Numbered from the stretch's first letter, positions 26,476 to 34,691 are shown. The stretch is 40,471 nucleotides of DNA from a virus (IMGVR_UViG_2565956717_000010:1-40471); one strand, 5' to 3'. The notes: generated by a model from the sequence alone, not told the origin. Translations and numbers: made by a program.

Positions 26476-27951
26476 TTAAGCATAGGGATCGTAATCTGTG
26501 ATGGCCTTGCCTTGCTGGTTCTGCTGCCCGGGAATTCGCAGACGCCTCGACACAGGGAACGCAAACGTCAGCAGTAGCGCATCGCCTTTACCCGGCGAAC
26601 GCCCAAGCCGCTCCTTGATATCCTCCTTCGGTTCGATAACGATTTTACCGTCCACGCGAACTTTGTACTCTGCCGCCGACAGGTCGTCTGCAGTTTCCTG
26701 GTCATCCAGCATGCCGCCCAGCCTCAGCCATGTCTTACATGAGTTGAACATCTCCCCACGCTTGTTAAGCATCTGCGGGTCAGTAGACGCGCCACCGAAC
26801 GGAACAAGTTGCCATGTACGACCCCAGCCGTCACCGATTGACTTCAAACCGGTTCCGTAACCGAAGTCGATGAACACCGCGTCAGCCTGATACTGGTCTT
26901 CAAAGTCAGCGATACGCTTCGCCATAATCAGATCGTCGGTAGTCTTGTTGCCAGTCCACAGCACCTTACTGTGTAGCCCCTGCCGCAGGTATATCACAGC
27001 GTCATCAACGCCGGAGTATGCCGGGTCAACGCCGATTATCACCGGAGCATGTGCAACCTGCGCAGCGGTTACCACCCGTTTCATTGCCTCGTCAGTAAGA
27101 CCGGTAGGGATAAACTGCAATTCAGATGCATCAGGGAATATGCCACGCACACGGATTTTAACGAAGTCGCTGTCTTCCCCGTAGTCATCAACCCATTTCT
27201 GCAACTGCTGTTTGTTGGTACCTTCCACCGTCCGACTGTCAATCTGCGCAGTTTTCCAGCGGTGTTTATACTTGCGGAAACATTCACGGAAACGTCCGGT
27301 ATTACGTGTAGGGTTTCCGAACGCCACCCAGATAATCTCAGTGTCTTCGTCCGTAAGCGCACCCTCAGCAACTTCCCACACCAGATCCGCAATGTTCGAC
27401 GCTTCATCAAACACCACGATGATGCGTTTGCGCTCGTTGTGTAGTCCGGCGAATGCCTCAGTGTTGTGCTCAGACCAGGGGATTGCGTCAGCTCGCCACC
27501 GCTTGTCGTGCCCAGGATCATTGCTGTACATCGCAGTAGCGGTACAGGTAAACCAGTCTTTCGTGATAGCAAGGTTCGACCACTTGATAATTTCCGGCCA
27601 GGTCTTCGTTCGTAGCTGGTTGTCGGTGTTGGCGGTCACCACGACCTTACAATCCTCGCAAGTGGACATGCCCCAGTTGATCAGCATTGAGATGAATGCG
27701 GATTTACCAATACCGTGACCAGAAGCGCGTGCCAGCATAAGCGGCTGATAGCGCGTCTCTGGATTCTGCAGGTGATCACGTATCTCTCGGAACGCATCAG
27801 CCTGCCACTGACGTGGACCGGTGGCATGTGCCAGTTCAGTACCCTCTTCCCCCCACGGGAACGCATAGAGGGCATAGCCAAGCGGATCGTGAGTGAACCC
27901 TGCAATATCCTCGATCAACTGCTCTTCAGGAGATAACGCTGTATCTGTCAC
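26476..27951 (-). CDS. Terminase large subunit
   Basis: 491 aa; Walker A-like ASGHGIGKS; GTG start overlaps small-subunit stop (GTGA). Confidence 0.8.
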   Translation of the reverse strand: MTDTALSPEEQLIEDIAGFTHDPLGYALYAFPWGEEGTELAHATGPRQWQADAFREIRDHLQNPETRYQPLMLARASGHGIGKSAFISMLINWGMSTCEDCKVVVTANTDNQLRTKTWPEIIKWSNLAITKDWFTCTATAMYSNDPGHDKRWRADAIPWSEHNTEAFAGLHNERKRIIVVFDEASNIADLVWEVAEGALTDEDTEIIWVAFGNPTRNTGRFRECFRKYKHRWKTAQIDSRTVEGTNKQQLQKWVDDYGEDSDFVKIRVRGIFPDASELQFIPTGLTDEAMKRVVTAAQVAHAPVIIGVDPAYSGVDDAVIYLRQGLHSKVLWTGNKTTDDLIMAKRIADFEDQYQADAVFIDFGYGTGLKSIGDGWGRTWQLVPFGGASTDPQMLNKRGEMFNSCKTWLRLGGMLDDQETADDLSAAEYKVRVDGKIVIEPKEDIKERLGRSPGKGDALLLTFAFPVSRRLRIPGQQNQQGKAITDYDPYA

Positions 27952-28544
27952 TGATTACCATCCTGACGTTCTTTGAGTCGCTTCCTGGCTGCTGCTATGC
28001 GATCAGCAATTGTCACATTCACATTAACATCCAGACGTTCTTTGAACGCGTTGACATCAACATGCTTACCAATCAGCTCAAGGTTCTTCACCTTGTCAGG
28101 CCATTTAATTTTTTTGAGGATTGTCTCTATCGAATCCTCGTTCATGTTCATGATGGTCGATGACAGATCAAAGCCACTAAGCGTAGTGCGCCAGATTTTC
28201 GGCCACTCGCGGATTGGCTTAAGGCTCCCATCGTCGTTGAGGATGTCGATCACGTCCATCTGGTCGATCTCCACCAGGCGCATGAGAACGTAATCAGCAC
28301 TGACGCGCATTCGTTTGTTGCGCTCCTCCATCAACTCGGCAATCCGTTTCTGAATGCGTTCATCGCGCATCATGACACTGGCTTTAACTGCCGCTGTATT
28401 TGGGGAGAATCCTGCATTAATCGCTGCCTGAGTCTGGTTTTCAGGCGTTTTGATGTATGACTGGCAATAAGCCTCCTGCATTGCTGTTAGTGGCTTAAAT
28501 TGCGTTGATTTGCGTTTATAGGTTTTAGGTTCAGCAGGCATCAT
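27948..28544 (-). CDS. Terminase small subunit
   Basis: Conserved-looking KPLTAMQEAYCQSYIKTPENQTQAAINAGFS segment; start placed at Met-27 of the ORF because the upstream 26 codons are translated from the tandem palindrome repeats. Confidence 0.6.
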   Translation of the reverse strand: MMPAEPKTYKRKSTQFKPLTAMQEAYCQSYIKTPENQTQAAINAGFSPNTAAVKASVMMRDERIQKRIAELMEERNKRMRVSADYVLMRLVEIDQMDVIDILNDDGSLKPIREWPKIWRTTLSGFDLSSTIMNMNEDSIETILKKIKWPDKVKNLELIGKHVDVNAFKERLDVNVNVTIADRIAAARKRLKERQDGNQ

Positions 28545-28558
28545 AACCACCGTGGTAA
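28544..28558. promoter_or_regulatory. Operator-like palindrome, one mismatch (TAACC-N5-GGTAA; site 9a)
   Basis: Directly abuts the terminase small-subunit start; part of a tandem pair inside direct repeats GTGGTAATAGT. Confidence 0.35.
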
Positions 28559-28561
28559 TAG

Positions 28562-28576
28562 TTACCGTTGTGGTAA
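28562..28576. promoter_or_regulatory. Operator-like palindrome TTACC-N5-GGTAA (site 9b)
   Basis: TTACCgttgtGGTAA, 18 bp upstream of the terminase small-subunit start. Confidence 0.45.
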
Positions 28577-28618
28577 TAGTACCATGCAAAATAAAGCCGC
28601 CATAGTTGGCGGCAGTAT

Positions 28619-28831
28619 TCAAAGTCCATCAAATTCATCGTAAAAACTCTCGTCAAGATACCCTTCCCATTTACCGCGAATGAAAATTACATCCTCGCCG
28701 CAAGGGTGCTGACTGTCGATAACTATATCCCTCCTGACGCAACCATACTTATGCATGAGAAATTTAACCTCTTTCGGAAAATTTGCTGAGTTATCTCTCA
28801 TATCTTCAAGGTCGTAGCGTATTTTTGGCAT
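28619..28831 (-). CDS. Hypothetical protein
   Basis: Start set at MPKIRYD with AAGGTG RBS; no recognisable motif. Confidence 0.4.
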   Translation of the reverse strand: MPKIRYDLEDMRDNSANFPKEVKFLMHKYGCVRRDIVIDSQHPCGEDVIFIRGKWEGYLDESFYDEFDGL

Positions 28832-28848
28832 AACACCTTCGTGACATG

Positions 28849-29187
28849 TCACACTATTAATTTCGTTTCATGCCAGCCTTTGGTCACCCAGCATTGCGAG
28901 TCACCATTACACGGGCATGAATTAACTGGAACTCTCTCGCCGCACTTACCGCAACGTTTTCTGCTGATCGATTTTATACGCCCGCGCACGCGTGCATCAT
29001 CCTGGCGGATCAGTAACGCTATATACTCACCAAATTCGTAAGGTGCACGCCCGGGGCGACGCGTGGCACAGTTACGCTCCAGCATTTCAATTTCCTGAGC
29101 ATCAAGCACAATTTCCAGCTTACGCACACCAGATGCAGCTTGTCTGGCTCTCTGAGCGGCTTTGCGCTCTGCTGCTGATTTAGCCAT
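28849..29187 (-). CDS. Hypothetical DNA-binding-like protein with C-terminal Cys cluster
   Basis: N-terminal basic helical region, C-terminal CGKCG...CPCNGDSQC zinc-ribbon-like cluster; AAAGGTG RBS. Confidence 0.4.
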   Translation of the reverse strand: MAKSAAERKAAQRARQAASGVRKLEIVLDAQEIEMLERNCATRRPGRAPYEFGEYIALLIRQDDARVRGRIKSISRKRCGKCGERVPVNSCPCNGDSQCWVTKGWHETKLIV

Positions 29188-29461
29188 CAATATTCACCTT
29201 TATCGCGAACACCTTTACCGGTTTATCTCCGAAGTGCGGATGTGTGATTGTCTTGATTTCATATCCGTCATACGGGACGTCAATTCTGCGGCTGGAATCG
29301 TCGCGCTTCGGATATCCCTTTGTGATAATCAGGCGGTCATACTCGCGGAACATAATTCGCTTATTCCAGTAGTCATTACACAGGCGATACTCTTCCGTTT
29401 TCTCTCCGCGAATCATGGCATCGAAGTATTCACCTTTAACGGCAAGTTGCAGGTTAGCCAC
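29180..29461 (-). CDS. Hypothetical protein
   Basis: 93-aa ORF in an overlapping gene string; no confident family assignment. Confidence 0.4.
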   Translation of the reverse strand: MANLQLAVKGEYFDAMIRGEKTEEYRLCNDYWNKRIMFREYDRLIITKGYPKRDDSSRRIDVPYDGYEIKTITHPHFGDKPVKVFAIKVNIDG

Positions 29462-29741
29462 GACCTTCCTCCTTTGGCTTGTGAATTTGTATCGTCATGC
29501 CGCTTTGAGTGGTGACTACAACGACAGAACCAGGCTGAAGACTGTTAAGATTGAATGCTTCGTAAAACGAAGCCAAGGCCAGCGCTTTTTTATTCTTTCG
29601 GTTCCACCAACGCCATCCATTGCTACAGGCTACACTGACAATCCACTGTCCACTCCTGTAAGCCATATAAAACCAGATGAGCAAAACCTGAATGAATGCT
29701 ATCCAGTCAATAATCGTATATTTCGCGAAGGAGACCATCAA
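29454..29741 (-). CDS. Hypothetical small membrane protein
   Basis: 95 aa with hydrophobic helices. Confidence 0.4.
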   Translation of the reverse strand: MMVSFAKYTIIDWIAFIQVLLIWFYMAYRSGQWIVSVACSNGWRWWNRKNKKALALASFYEAFNLNSLQPGSVVVVTTQSGMTIQIHKPKEEGRG

Positions 29742-30310
29742 TTAACCTCCTGCGGCGGTTCCGGTAGAGGCATCCAGTACAAGGCGTTCCCTAACCACGA
29801 TAAAGTGCCGTCGCTCAACTCCACGTATTCCCCTTGTACCTGTCCTGCCATATACTCGCCGTGCTTTGAATAAATTAAAATCCAATCATCTTGAGCGGGC
29901 ATTCGCTCACTACAGCTTATCCAACCATCCGGAGTTACCGGATAGTTGCCCGACAGCTCGTTCAACTTGTAAGTTTGGCTTACAGGTTCGGCTTCCAGTT
30001 CTGCAATGCGCTTCTCTGCAGCTTCCAGCTCAACGCGCAGCTTCCCTACCGTTAGCGCAATTTCCTCGTTCTCCTGGTCGCGGCGTTTGATGTATTGCTG
30101 GTTTCTTTCCCGTTCATCCAGCAGCGCCAGCACGGTTTCTGGTCCGGTCAGAAATTTGAAGGCGTTGAGCGCATCAATATCCACACCGTAATCCTTAAGT
30201 TCCTGTTCACTTAACAAATCATCATCAACTGGCAACATTAACAGGCGTTCCATTGCCGGAATTGCACGTTCTGCCGCCTCACGCAGTGCCTGATAGTTAA
30301 TTTTGGTCAT
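29738..30310 (-). CDS. Hypothetical protein with coiled coil and C-terminal Trp-rich domain (DUF551-like by memory)
   Basis: 190 aa; central coiled coil (LRVELEAAEKRIAELEA); C-terminal W/Y-rich segment common in prophage nin-region proteins. Confidence 0.45.
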   Translation of the reverse strand: MTKINYQALREAAERAIPAMERLLMLPVDDDLLSEQELKDYGVDIDALNAFKFLTGPETVLALLDERERNQQYIKRRDQENEEIALTVGKLRVELEAAEKRIAELEAEPVSQTYKLNELSGNYPVTPDGWISCSERMPAQDDWILIYSKHGEYMAGQVQGEYVELSDGTLSWLGNALYWMPLPEPPQEVN

Positions 30311-30311
30311 A

Positions 30312-30611
30312 TCACATCCCCCTGAAGCCGTTGCATTTACGTAAAAAATCGCAGATATAGCCCTTCATTTTTTCGTGCCAATCTCGATCATTCCCATTGC
30401 ACCAACCATCAGGTGGAGTCCAGTTTTCTATCAGAGCAGCCATTTTCTTTGCTTTCGCCGGAGTAGCTGTTGCGGTATCGCAGTAATGACGAGTGTCAAC
30501 CAACGTATCCATACCATCGATATCAAGTACGCAAAACCATGTGTGATTCGGCATTTCAACAGATGGTATTTGTTGCCCACGTCGACGTTTATCAATAAGA
30601 CATACAGTCAC
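30312..30611 (-). CDS. Hypothetical protein
   Basis: 99-aa ORF, overlapping stops/starts with neighbours. Confidence 0.4.
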   Translation of the reverse strand: MTVCLIDKRRRGQQIPSVEMPNHTWFCVLDIDGMDTLVDTRHYCDTATATPAKAKKMAALIENWTPPDGWCNGNDRDWHEKMKGYICDFLRKCNGFRGM

Positions 30612-31210
30612 TGGTTGCCTCCTTTGCGAAGCTGGGCAGCAAAGTCAACTAACCACTCAGTCATTTCAACCTTCCCTACCAGGTCTGAACCAGGGTGCAT
30701 ACAGCAATCACTCTGCGCCGCTTTGAAATCCTTATACTCATATTCTTGGGCCACCAGATTTTTTGCAGCTTCTATAGCAGCATCCACCCCCTGCGCCCGA
30801 ATTTCAGCCAGGAAAGCATCGGTGGCTGGCATATTTCCTGTTGCCTTCATGGCCTCCAAAATAACCAGAACGCCATCTCGCCCAACCACCTCAGCGATAA
30901 CCTCGGTGTTGTCGCCAACAACATCGCAGAATGCCTGAACTGCCTTACGAGCCAGCTCATTCTCCGCCGCCAGCACCGAAAACTTCTCGTGCGCCAACTT
31001 AACAGCCGAATCAGCCTGCTTAATTGACTCAGTCGCTCTCTGGTGGTCTTCGGCCAGCGCATTAGCACGCACCAGTTGCACTTCCAGTTGCGTTGCCAAA
31101 TCGCTGATCAGCTTTGCCACACTGCGCATATCAACGGCACCACATTCTGCTTTCAGTTCCGAAGCCATCTCATGCCCGGCGGAAACTAACCCTTTGATAT
31201 TACTTTCCAT
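30608..31210 (-). CDS. Hypothetical protein
   Basis: 200 aa, helical and acidic; no assignable motif. Confidence 0.45.
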   Translation of the reverse strand: MESNIKGLVSAGHEMASELKAECGAVDMRSVAKLISDLATQLEVQLVRANALAEDHQRATESIKQADSAVKLAHEKFSVLAAENELARKAVQAFCDVVGDNTEVIAEVVGRDGVLVILEAMKATGNMPATDAFLAEIRAQGVDAAIEAAKNLVAQEYEYKDFKAAQSDCCMHPGSDLVGKVEMTEWLVDFAAQLRKGGNQ

Positions 31211-31271
31211 CTTTACCCTCGCTTATCCACATAACTTATTGATTACATTGATAACTAAAAAGATCGTCGAT

Positions 31272-31619
31272 TCAGAACTCTTCGATGTTCCAGCCACCAC
31301 CAGCTTTCTTTGGTTTAACCGTTACCCCGATGATTCGGAACGGATACTGATCTGCGGCGACTTTGGTTTTCACCCTGGCGTCGTCGGTCCAGAATCCCCC
31401 TTTCACTTCGTGCAGTTCCATCTCTCCGGTGGCGAGCATCACAGCGAAATCTGGCGTATAGAACGTGTTGTCAGCTAACCGCAGCTTGATACCCTCAAAT
31501 CGATACCAGACGATTTCTCCTGCACGTTTACGCATCTCAAGGTGCTGACAATACGCAGATTCTGTTTTGTTCATCTGGCCTGTTTTGAGTCGACCAAGAG
31601 CCTGTATCTGTTTTCTCAT
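31272..31619 (-). CDS. Hypothetical nin-region protein
   Basis: 115 aa; AGGGG RBS overlapping palindrome site 5. Confidence 0.45.
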   Translation of the reverse strand: MRKQIQALGRLKTGQMNKTESAYCQHLEMRKRAGEIVWYRFEGIKLRLADNTFYTPDFAVMLATGEMELHEVKGGFWTDDARVKTKVAADQYPFRIIGVTVKPKKAGGGWNIEEF

Positions 31620-31622
31620 GAT

Positions 31623-31637
31623 TTACCCCTGAGGTAA
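31623..31637. promoter_or_regulatory. Operator-like palindrome TTACC-N5-GGTAA (site 5)
   Basis: TTACCcctgaGGTAA, 4 bp upstream of ATG 31619 (minus strand). Confidence 0.45.
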
Positions 31638-31684
31638 TTAAAAACCACATAAGACAAGAAATCAATAGATTTTAGAATATTTTA

Positions 31685-31699
31685 TTACCTCATAGGTAA
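31685..31699. promoter_or_regulatory. Operator-like palindrome TTACC-N5-GGTAA (site 6)
   Basis: TTACCtcataGGTAA flanked A..T; between the P-like gene stop and the next gene. Confidence 0.45.
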
Positions 31700-31736
31700 T
31701 TATTGAGACATAAAAAAATGCGCTATCGCGCTGGTA

Positions 31737-32522
31737 TTACTTGATAAATCCTGCCGCCTTTCCCCGCCTGTATTCCTCCATCAGCCACTGCGCCGGTGTT
31801 ATTCCCCCCAGGGTGGCGGCGTTAGGCATGCACCCGAAACTTCGCCCTGGCGGGTGGTAAACGTCTCTCCCTGTGTCCGGAGGTGTACTCATGGGCTCTG
31901 GCTTTGCCTGTATGCTGATCACCGGATCGGGTATCTGCTGTCCGGAAGCCACCTTTTTCGCCCAATCATCGAGCAGCCTGCGCGCGTGTTTCTCAACCTC
32001 AATCTCGCTAAGCTGGCGCTGATACATTGCACGGCGGGTATCACATACGACCCAGTACATAACCGGATGCCGCCACGGGAATCTTTCGGGACCACCAGGA
32101 TATAAACTTTTTTCCTTGCTGTACCGGTGAAACTCCGCCATCACATCGTCAATGGTGACGCCAAGAACCATCTTGCTGTCTTTACACCACTTGATAAATT
32201 GCCCTGGCGACGGCCAGAACGGAGATTCGCTGGCGCGGGCGTGGCGCATACCAGCAGAAACCTGTTCACGGGTTCGGATCCCACCTTCGGCAAACGCAGC
32301 AATCCACTGCTGTTTTGCAGCAACTTCCTGCTCTGGCGTCTTCAGGTTGGTTACCACTGCCGCCGGAAACAGTTGTTTCAGCTGTTTGAAAAGGGCATCA
32401 ACAAGCCTCTCTGCTGACATGTTCACCACGTTGTCATTGTTGGTGTACTGATGCTCATAACCTGACATGCGAGAAAGGGCTTCTCCGTCACGGTTTTGTA
32501 TCGCGGTAAAAACGTTGTTCAC
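31737..32522 (-). CDS. Replication protein P-like (helicase loader)
   Basis: EQVSAGMRHARASESPFWPSPGQFIKWCKDS closely parallels the lambda P segment I remember (EQVNAGMRVARRQNRPFLPSPGQFVAWCREE); GTG start with GGAGGA RBS overlaps O-like stop (GTGA). Confidence 0.7.
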   Translation of the reverse strand: MNNVFTAIQNRDGEALSRMSGYEHQYTNNDNVVNMSAERLVDALFKQLKQLFPAAVVTNLKTPEQEVAAKQQWIAAFAEGGIRTREQVSAGMRHARASESPFWPSPGQFIKWCKDSKMVLGVTIDDVMAEFHRYSKEKSLYPGGPERFPWRHPVMYWVVCDTRRAMYQRQLSEIEVEKHARRLLDDWAKKVASGQQIPDPVISIQAKPEPMSTPPDTGRDVYHPPGRSFGCMPNAATLGGITPAQWLMEEYRRGKAAGFIK

Positions 32523-33334
32523 AAGAAATCCTCCCATGCTTCAGGGCTGTTCCAGTGCGGAACGTTGTTATCAGGTAATGTTGATTGCTTCTGTCTGCTA
32601 ATCTGCAGCCGCCTTGCCAGCTTCTGCTCCCACTGTGCCTGATGGTATGCCTTACCCTCAGCCATCCAGTAAATTCTGAACTCTGCAAGTTCCTGTGCCG
32701 TTGGCAGACTGTCCAGGTAGATCCCCTGCAATGAGCTTTTCCGAAGAAAGTCATCTGATGGCTGCCATTGTTCATGCATGACAAATTTGCCTAATTGCCC
32801 TGGCCCACCAGGAGGAACAAAGTTATTCATCACGGCGTTGTTTGCGCCGGGGTCATGAGGCACAGAATCCCCGGTTTTTGTCCTGCTCTCCCTCTCTTGG
32901 TTAAATGACTGGTTATATGACTGGTTCTGGATCCCGTTTTTGGGATCATTCAACATCCCGTTTTTGGGATCATTCAACATCCCGTTTTTGGGTATATTCC
33001 CGCTTTCGGTAACATTACCGTTTTCGGGTTCATTGCCCCCCTCCCGGTTGCCTTTAATGTTCCCGTTTTTGGTTATATTAAGAGAGAAAACCCGCACTCT
33101 TTTTGTCGCTCCCTTTCTCTCTCCGGTATCTGAAATAAGCCCCATTTTCATGAGCGATATAAGCCCGGCCTGCACGGTTTTTTTATTCAGGCAAGTGTCT
33201 TTAACGAGGCGTTCTATGCTGGGGTAGCATAGGTTATATTCATCGGCTCTGTCAGCCATCGAGAGCAGTATGAGCTTTAATGACGAGCTACCTGGATCTG
33301 TCTCCCAGGCCCAATCTGTTGCATGTCTGCTCAT
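32519..33334 (-). CDS. Replication initiator O-like protein containing origin iterons
   Basis: N-terminal winged-helix-like domain; tandem 24-bp iterons inside the coding sequence; immediately upstream of the P-like gene. Confidence 0.7.
   Translation of the reverse strand: MSRHATDWAWETDPGSSSLKLILLSMADRADEYNLCYPSIERLVKDTCLNKKTVQAGLISLMKMGLISDTGERKGATKRVRVFSLNITKNGNIKGNREGGNEPENGNVTESGNIPKNGMLNDPKNGMLNDPKNGIQNQSYNQSFNQERESRTKTGDSVPHDPGANNAVMNNFVPPGGPGQLGKFVMHEQWQPSDDFLRKSSLQGIYLDSLPTAQELAEFRIYWMAEGKAYHQAQWEQKLARRLQISRQKQSTLPDNNVPHWNSPEAWEDFL
32931..33080. repeat. Origin-like iteron array inside O-like gene
   Basis: ATCCCGTTTTTGGGATCATTCAAC repeated perfectly twice (32931-32954, 32955-32978) then three degenerate copies; each unit has an internal TCCC..GGGA inverted repeat; flanked by TGACTGGTT x2 (32906-32926). 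Confidence 0.65.
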
Positions 33335-33349
33335 GATTAATCTCCGCTA

Positions 33350-33550
33350 TCAGCTTGAATGTTGTGGGGAGGAATTAATCATGATCTGCTTAATCTCTGC
33401 CCTGATACGACGGTTTGATTCCATGGTGCACTCAACACAGTGTCCGTTGTAAACCCAACGTTCACTGTCATGTCCGTGCTTACATGGTTTTCCGGTGTAG
33501 TAGCGTTTAAGTCCGCGCTTTGCGGCATCAATACGTGTAATGATTTCCAT
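33350..33550 (-). CDS. Small Cys/His-rich (zinc-binding-like) protein
   Basis: Start set at MEIITRID (ACAGGG RBS); motif KPCKHGHDSERWVYNGHCVEC; first gene after a tR1-like hairpin. Confidence 0.4.
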   Translation of the reverse strand: MEIITRIDAAKRGLKRYYTGKPCKHGHDSERWVYNGHCVECTMESNRRIRAEIKQIMINSSPQHSS

Positions 33551-33630
33551 GGTAAGCCCTGTTATTAGTATTGGGATTACGGTCATTTTGTGCTGACACA
33601 AAAAAAAGATCAACCAGATTTGGTTTTTTA

Positions 33631-33645
33631 TTACCTTTGAGGTGC
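33631..33645. promoter_or_regulatory. Operator-like palindrome, imperfect (TTACC-N5-GGTGC; site 7)
   Basis: TTACCtttgaGGTGC between Cro-like gene and the next gene. Confidence 0.35.
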
Positions 33646-33679
33646 GAATAGATATGAAAAGACCGCCGGGTGGCGGTCT
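33646..33679 (-). terminator. tR1-like hairpin downstream of Cro-like gene
   Basis: 8-bp stem AGACCGCC/GGCGGTCT with GGGT loop (33660-33679); on the minus strand followed by a moderately U-rich tract. Confidence 0.35.
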
Positions 33680-33700
33680 ACAGAGGGTTGTGGCTGGATA

Positions 33701-33931
33701 TCATGAGTAGAAGAAGTATGCCAGTTCTGCTTTTGAGCGCAGCCATTGTCTTGTTTTACAGGCTTTAAAAAGCCCATTCATCAATACTTTACCTGGCATT
33801 TTGCGCTTACCTGTTAAGTGAGTCTGGATATAGTGACTCGTCGTTCCGGCTTCCTGTGCGAAGGCTTCACGCTCATCCGGAGTAAGTGCAAGCCAGTGCT
33901 TTTTGAAATCGAAATGTCCGTTATCGCTCAT
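33701..33931 (-). CDS. Cro-like small regulator (first gene of rightward-type operon)
   Basis: 76 aa, divergent from the repressor candidate; promoter spacer contains palindrome site 8a between TTGTTA (-35-like) and TATTAT (-10-like). Confidence 0.45.
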   Translation of the reverse strand: MSDNGHFDFKKHWLALTPDEREAFAQEAGTTSHYIQTHLTGKRKMPGKVLMNGLFKACKTRQWLRSKAELAYFFYS

Positions 33932-33967
33932 AGCTATTGCCTGATATTTATTTCAGATAATAAATAT

Positions 33968-33982
33968 TCACCCATAAGGTAA
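33968..33982. promoter_or_regulatory. Operator-like palindrome, imperfect (TCACC-N5-GGTAA; site 8a)
   Basis: In divergent immunity region; overlaps predicted Cro-like promoter spacer. Confidence 0.45.
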
Positions 33983-33998
33983 CAAAAATCAAGGATAG

Positions 33999-34013
33999 TT
34001 ACCTATGGGGTGC
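33999..34013. promoter_or_regulatory. Operator-like palindrome, imperfect (TTACC-N5-GGTGC; site 8b)
   Basis: Middle of three sites in the divergent immunity region. Confidence 0.4.
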
Positions 34014-34015
34014 AT

Positions 34016-34030
34016 TTACCTGTTGGGTAA
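34016..34030. promoter_or_regulatory. Operator-like palindrome TTACC-N5-GGTAA (site 8c)
   Basis: TTACCtgttgGGTAA, 56 bp upstream of repressor-candidate ATG. Confidence 0.45.
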
Positions 34031-34085
34031 TATTGCTTTAAATTGAATCATCTACTGATTCATATACGAGGCGATTTTCCAGAAA

Positions 34086-34670
34086 ATGAAAAGTATCCAG
34101 GACGTCCGCAGGCAAAATCTCAACGACTTGATCGACCGTGAATTCAATGGTGTTCAGACGCGGATGGCAGAAAAACTTGGAACTCAGGCAAATCTGGTAA
34201 ACCGCTGGGCTCTTGGCAAGAAGGTTATCGGCGACCAGGTTGCGCGAAAAATTGAAGCTGCCGCCAATAAACCCCGTAACTGGCTTGATATCGATCGCTC
34301 GCTTTCTCAGGAAGGTTTTCAGCCTGTCGGCCCAAGCGACATTGGCCAGCTGGCGGCTCACAACCTGGAACGCTGGATGAGCGAAAGCCGCGACCTTTCA
34401 ACACAGGGAAAACTTCACCGCGCATCCGGCGTCGCCCAGGTGACAATCAGCCGCCTGTTAAACAATGAGGTCAGCGTTTCCATTTCCACCCTGGAGAATG
34501 TTGCATCCGCATTCGGGCGTCACGGCTATGAATTACTGATTCACCCGCACGACCCTGCGACCATCAACTATGACCGCTCGCGCTACGCATTGTTACCCGA
34601 AACCGAGAAAGCAAAGATCGAAAGTTACATTGAATTTGTCATCAACCAGAACGAAAAAAACAAACAATAA
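34086..34670 (+). CDS. Double-HTH XRE-type regulator, candidate lysogeny repressor without autocleavage domain
   Basis: Two HTH-like segments (GVQTRMAEKLGTQANLVNRWALG and GVAQVTISRLLNNEVSVSISTLENVASAF); no S24 peptidase motifs; divergent from Cro-like gene across three palindromes; own terminator. Confidence 0.55.
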   Translation: MKSIQDVRRQNLNDLIDREFNGVQTRMAEKLGTQANLVNRWALGKKVIGDQVARKIEAAANKPRNWLDIDRSLSQEGFQPVGPSDIGQLAAHNLERWMSESRDLSTQGKLHRASGVAQVTISRLLNNEVSVSISTLENVASAFGRHGYELLIHPHDPATINYDRSRYALLPETEKAKIESYIEFVINQNEKNKQ

Positions 34671-34691
34671 AATCATATTTTTCAGTAAGTA

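Noticed and set aside
27948-28622. Longer 224-aa version of the terminase small subunit starting at 28622
   Set aside because: The extra 26 N-terminal codons are translated from tandem palindrome repeats (TITTTVTITTVV) and look like regulatory DNA; start moved to 28544.
32931-33080. Tandem repeats considered as a possible CRISPR array
   Set aside because: Units are contiguous 24-bp iterons with no spacers, lie inside a replication-initiator gene and carry internal inverted repeats; this is an origin, not CRISPR.
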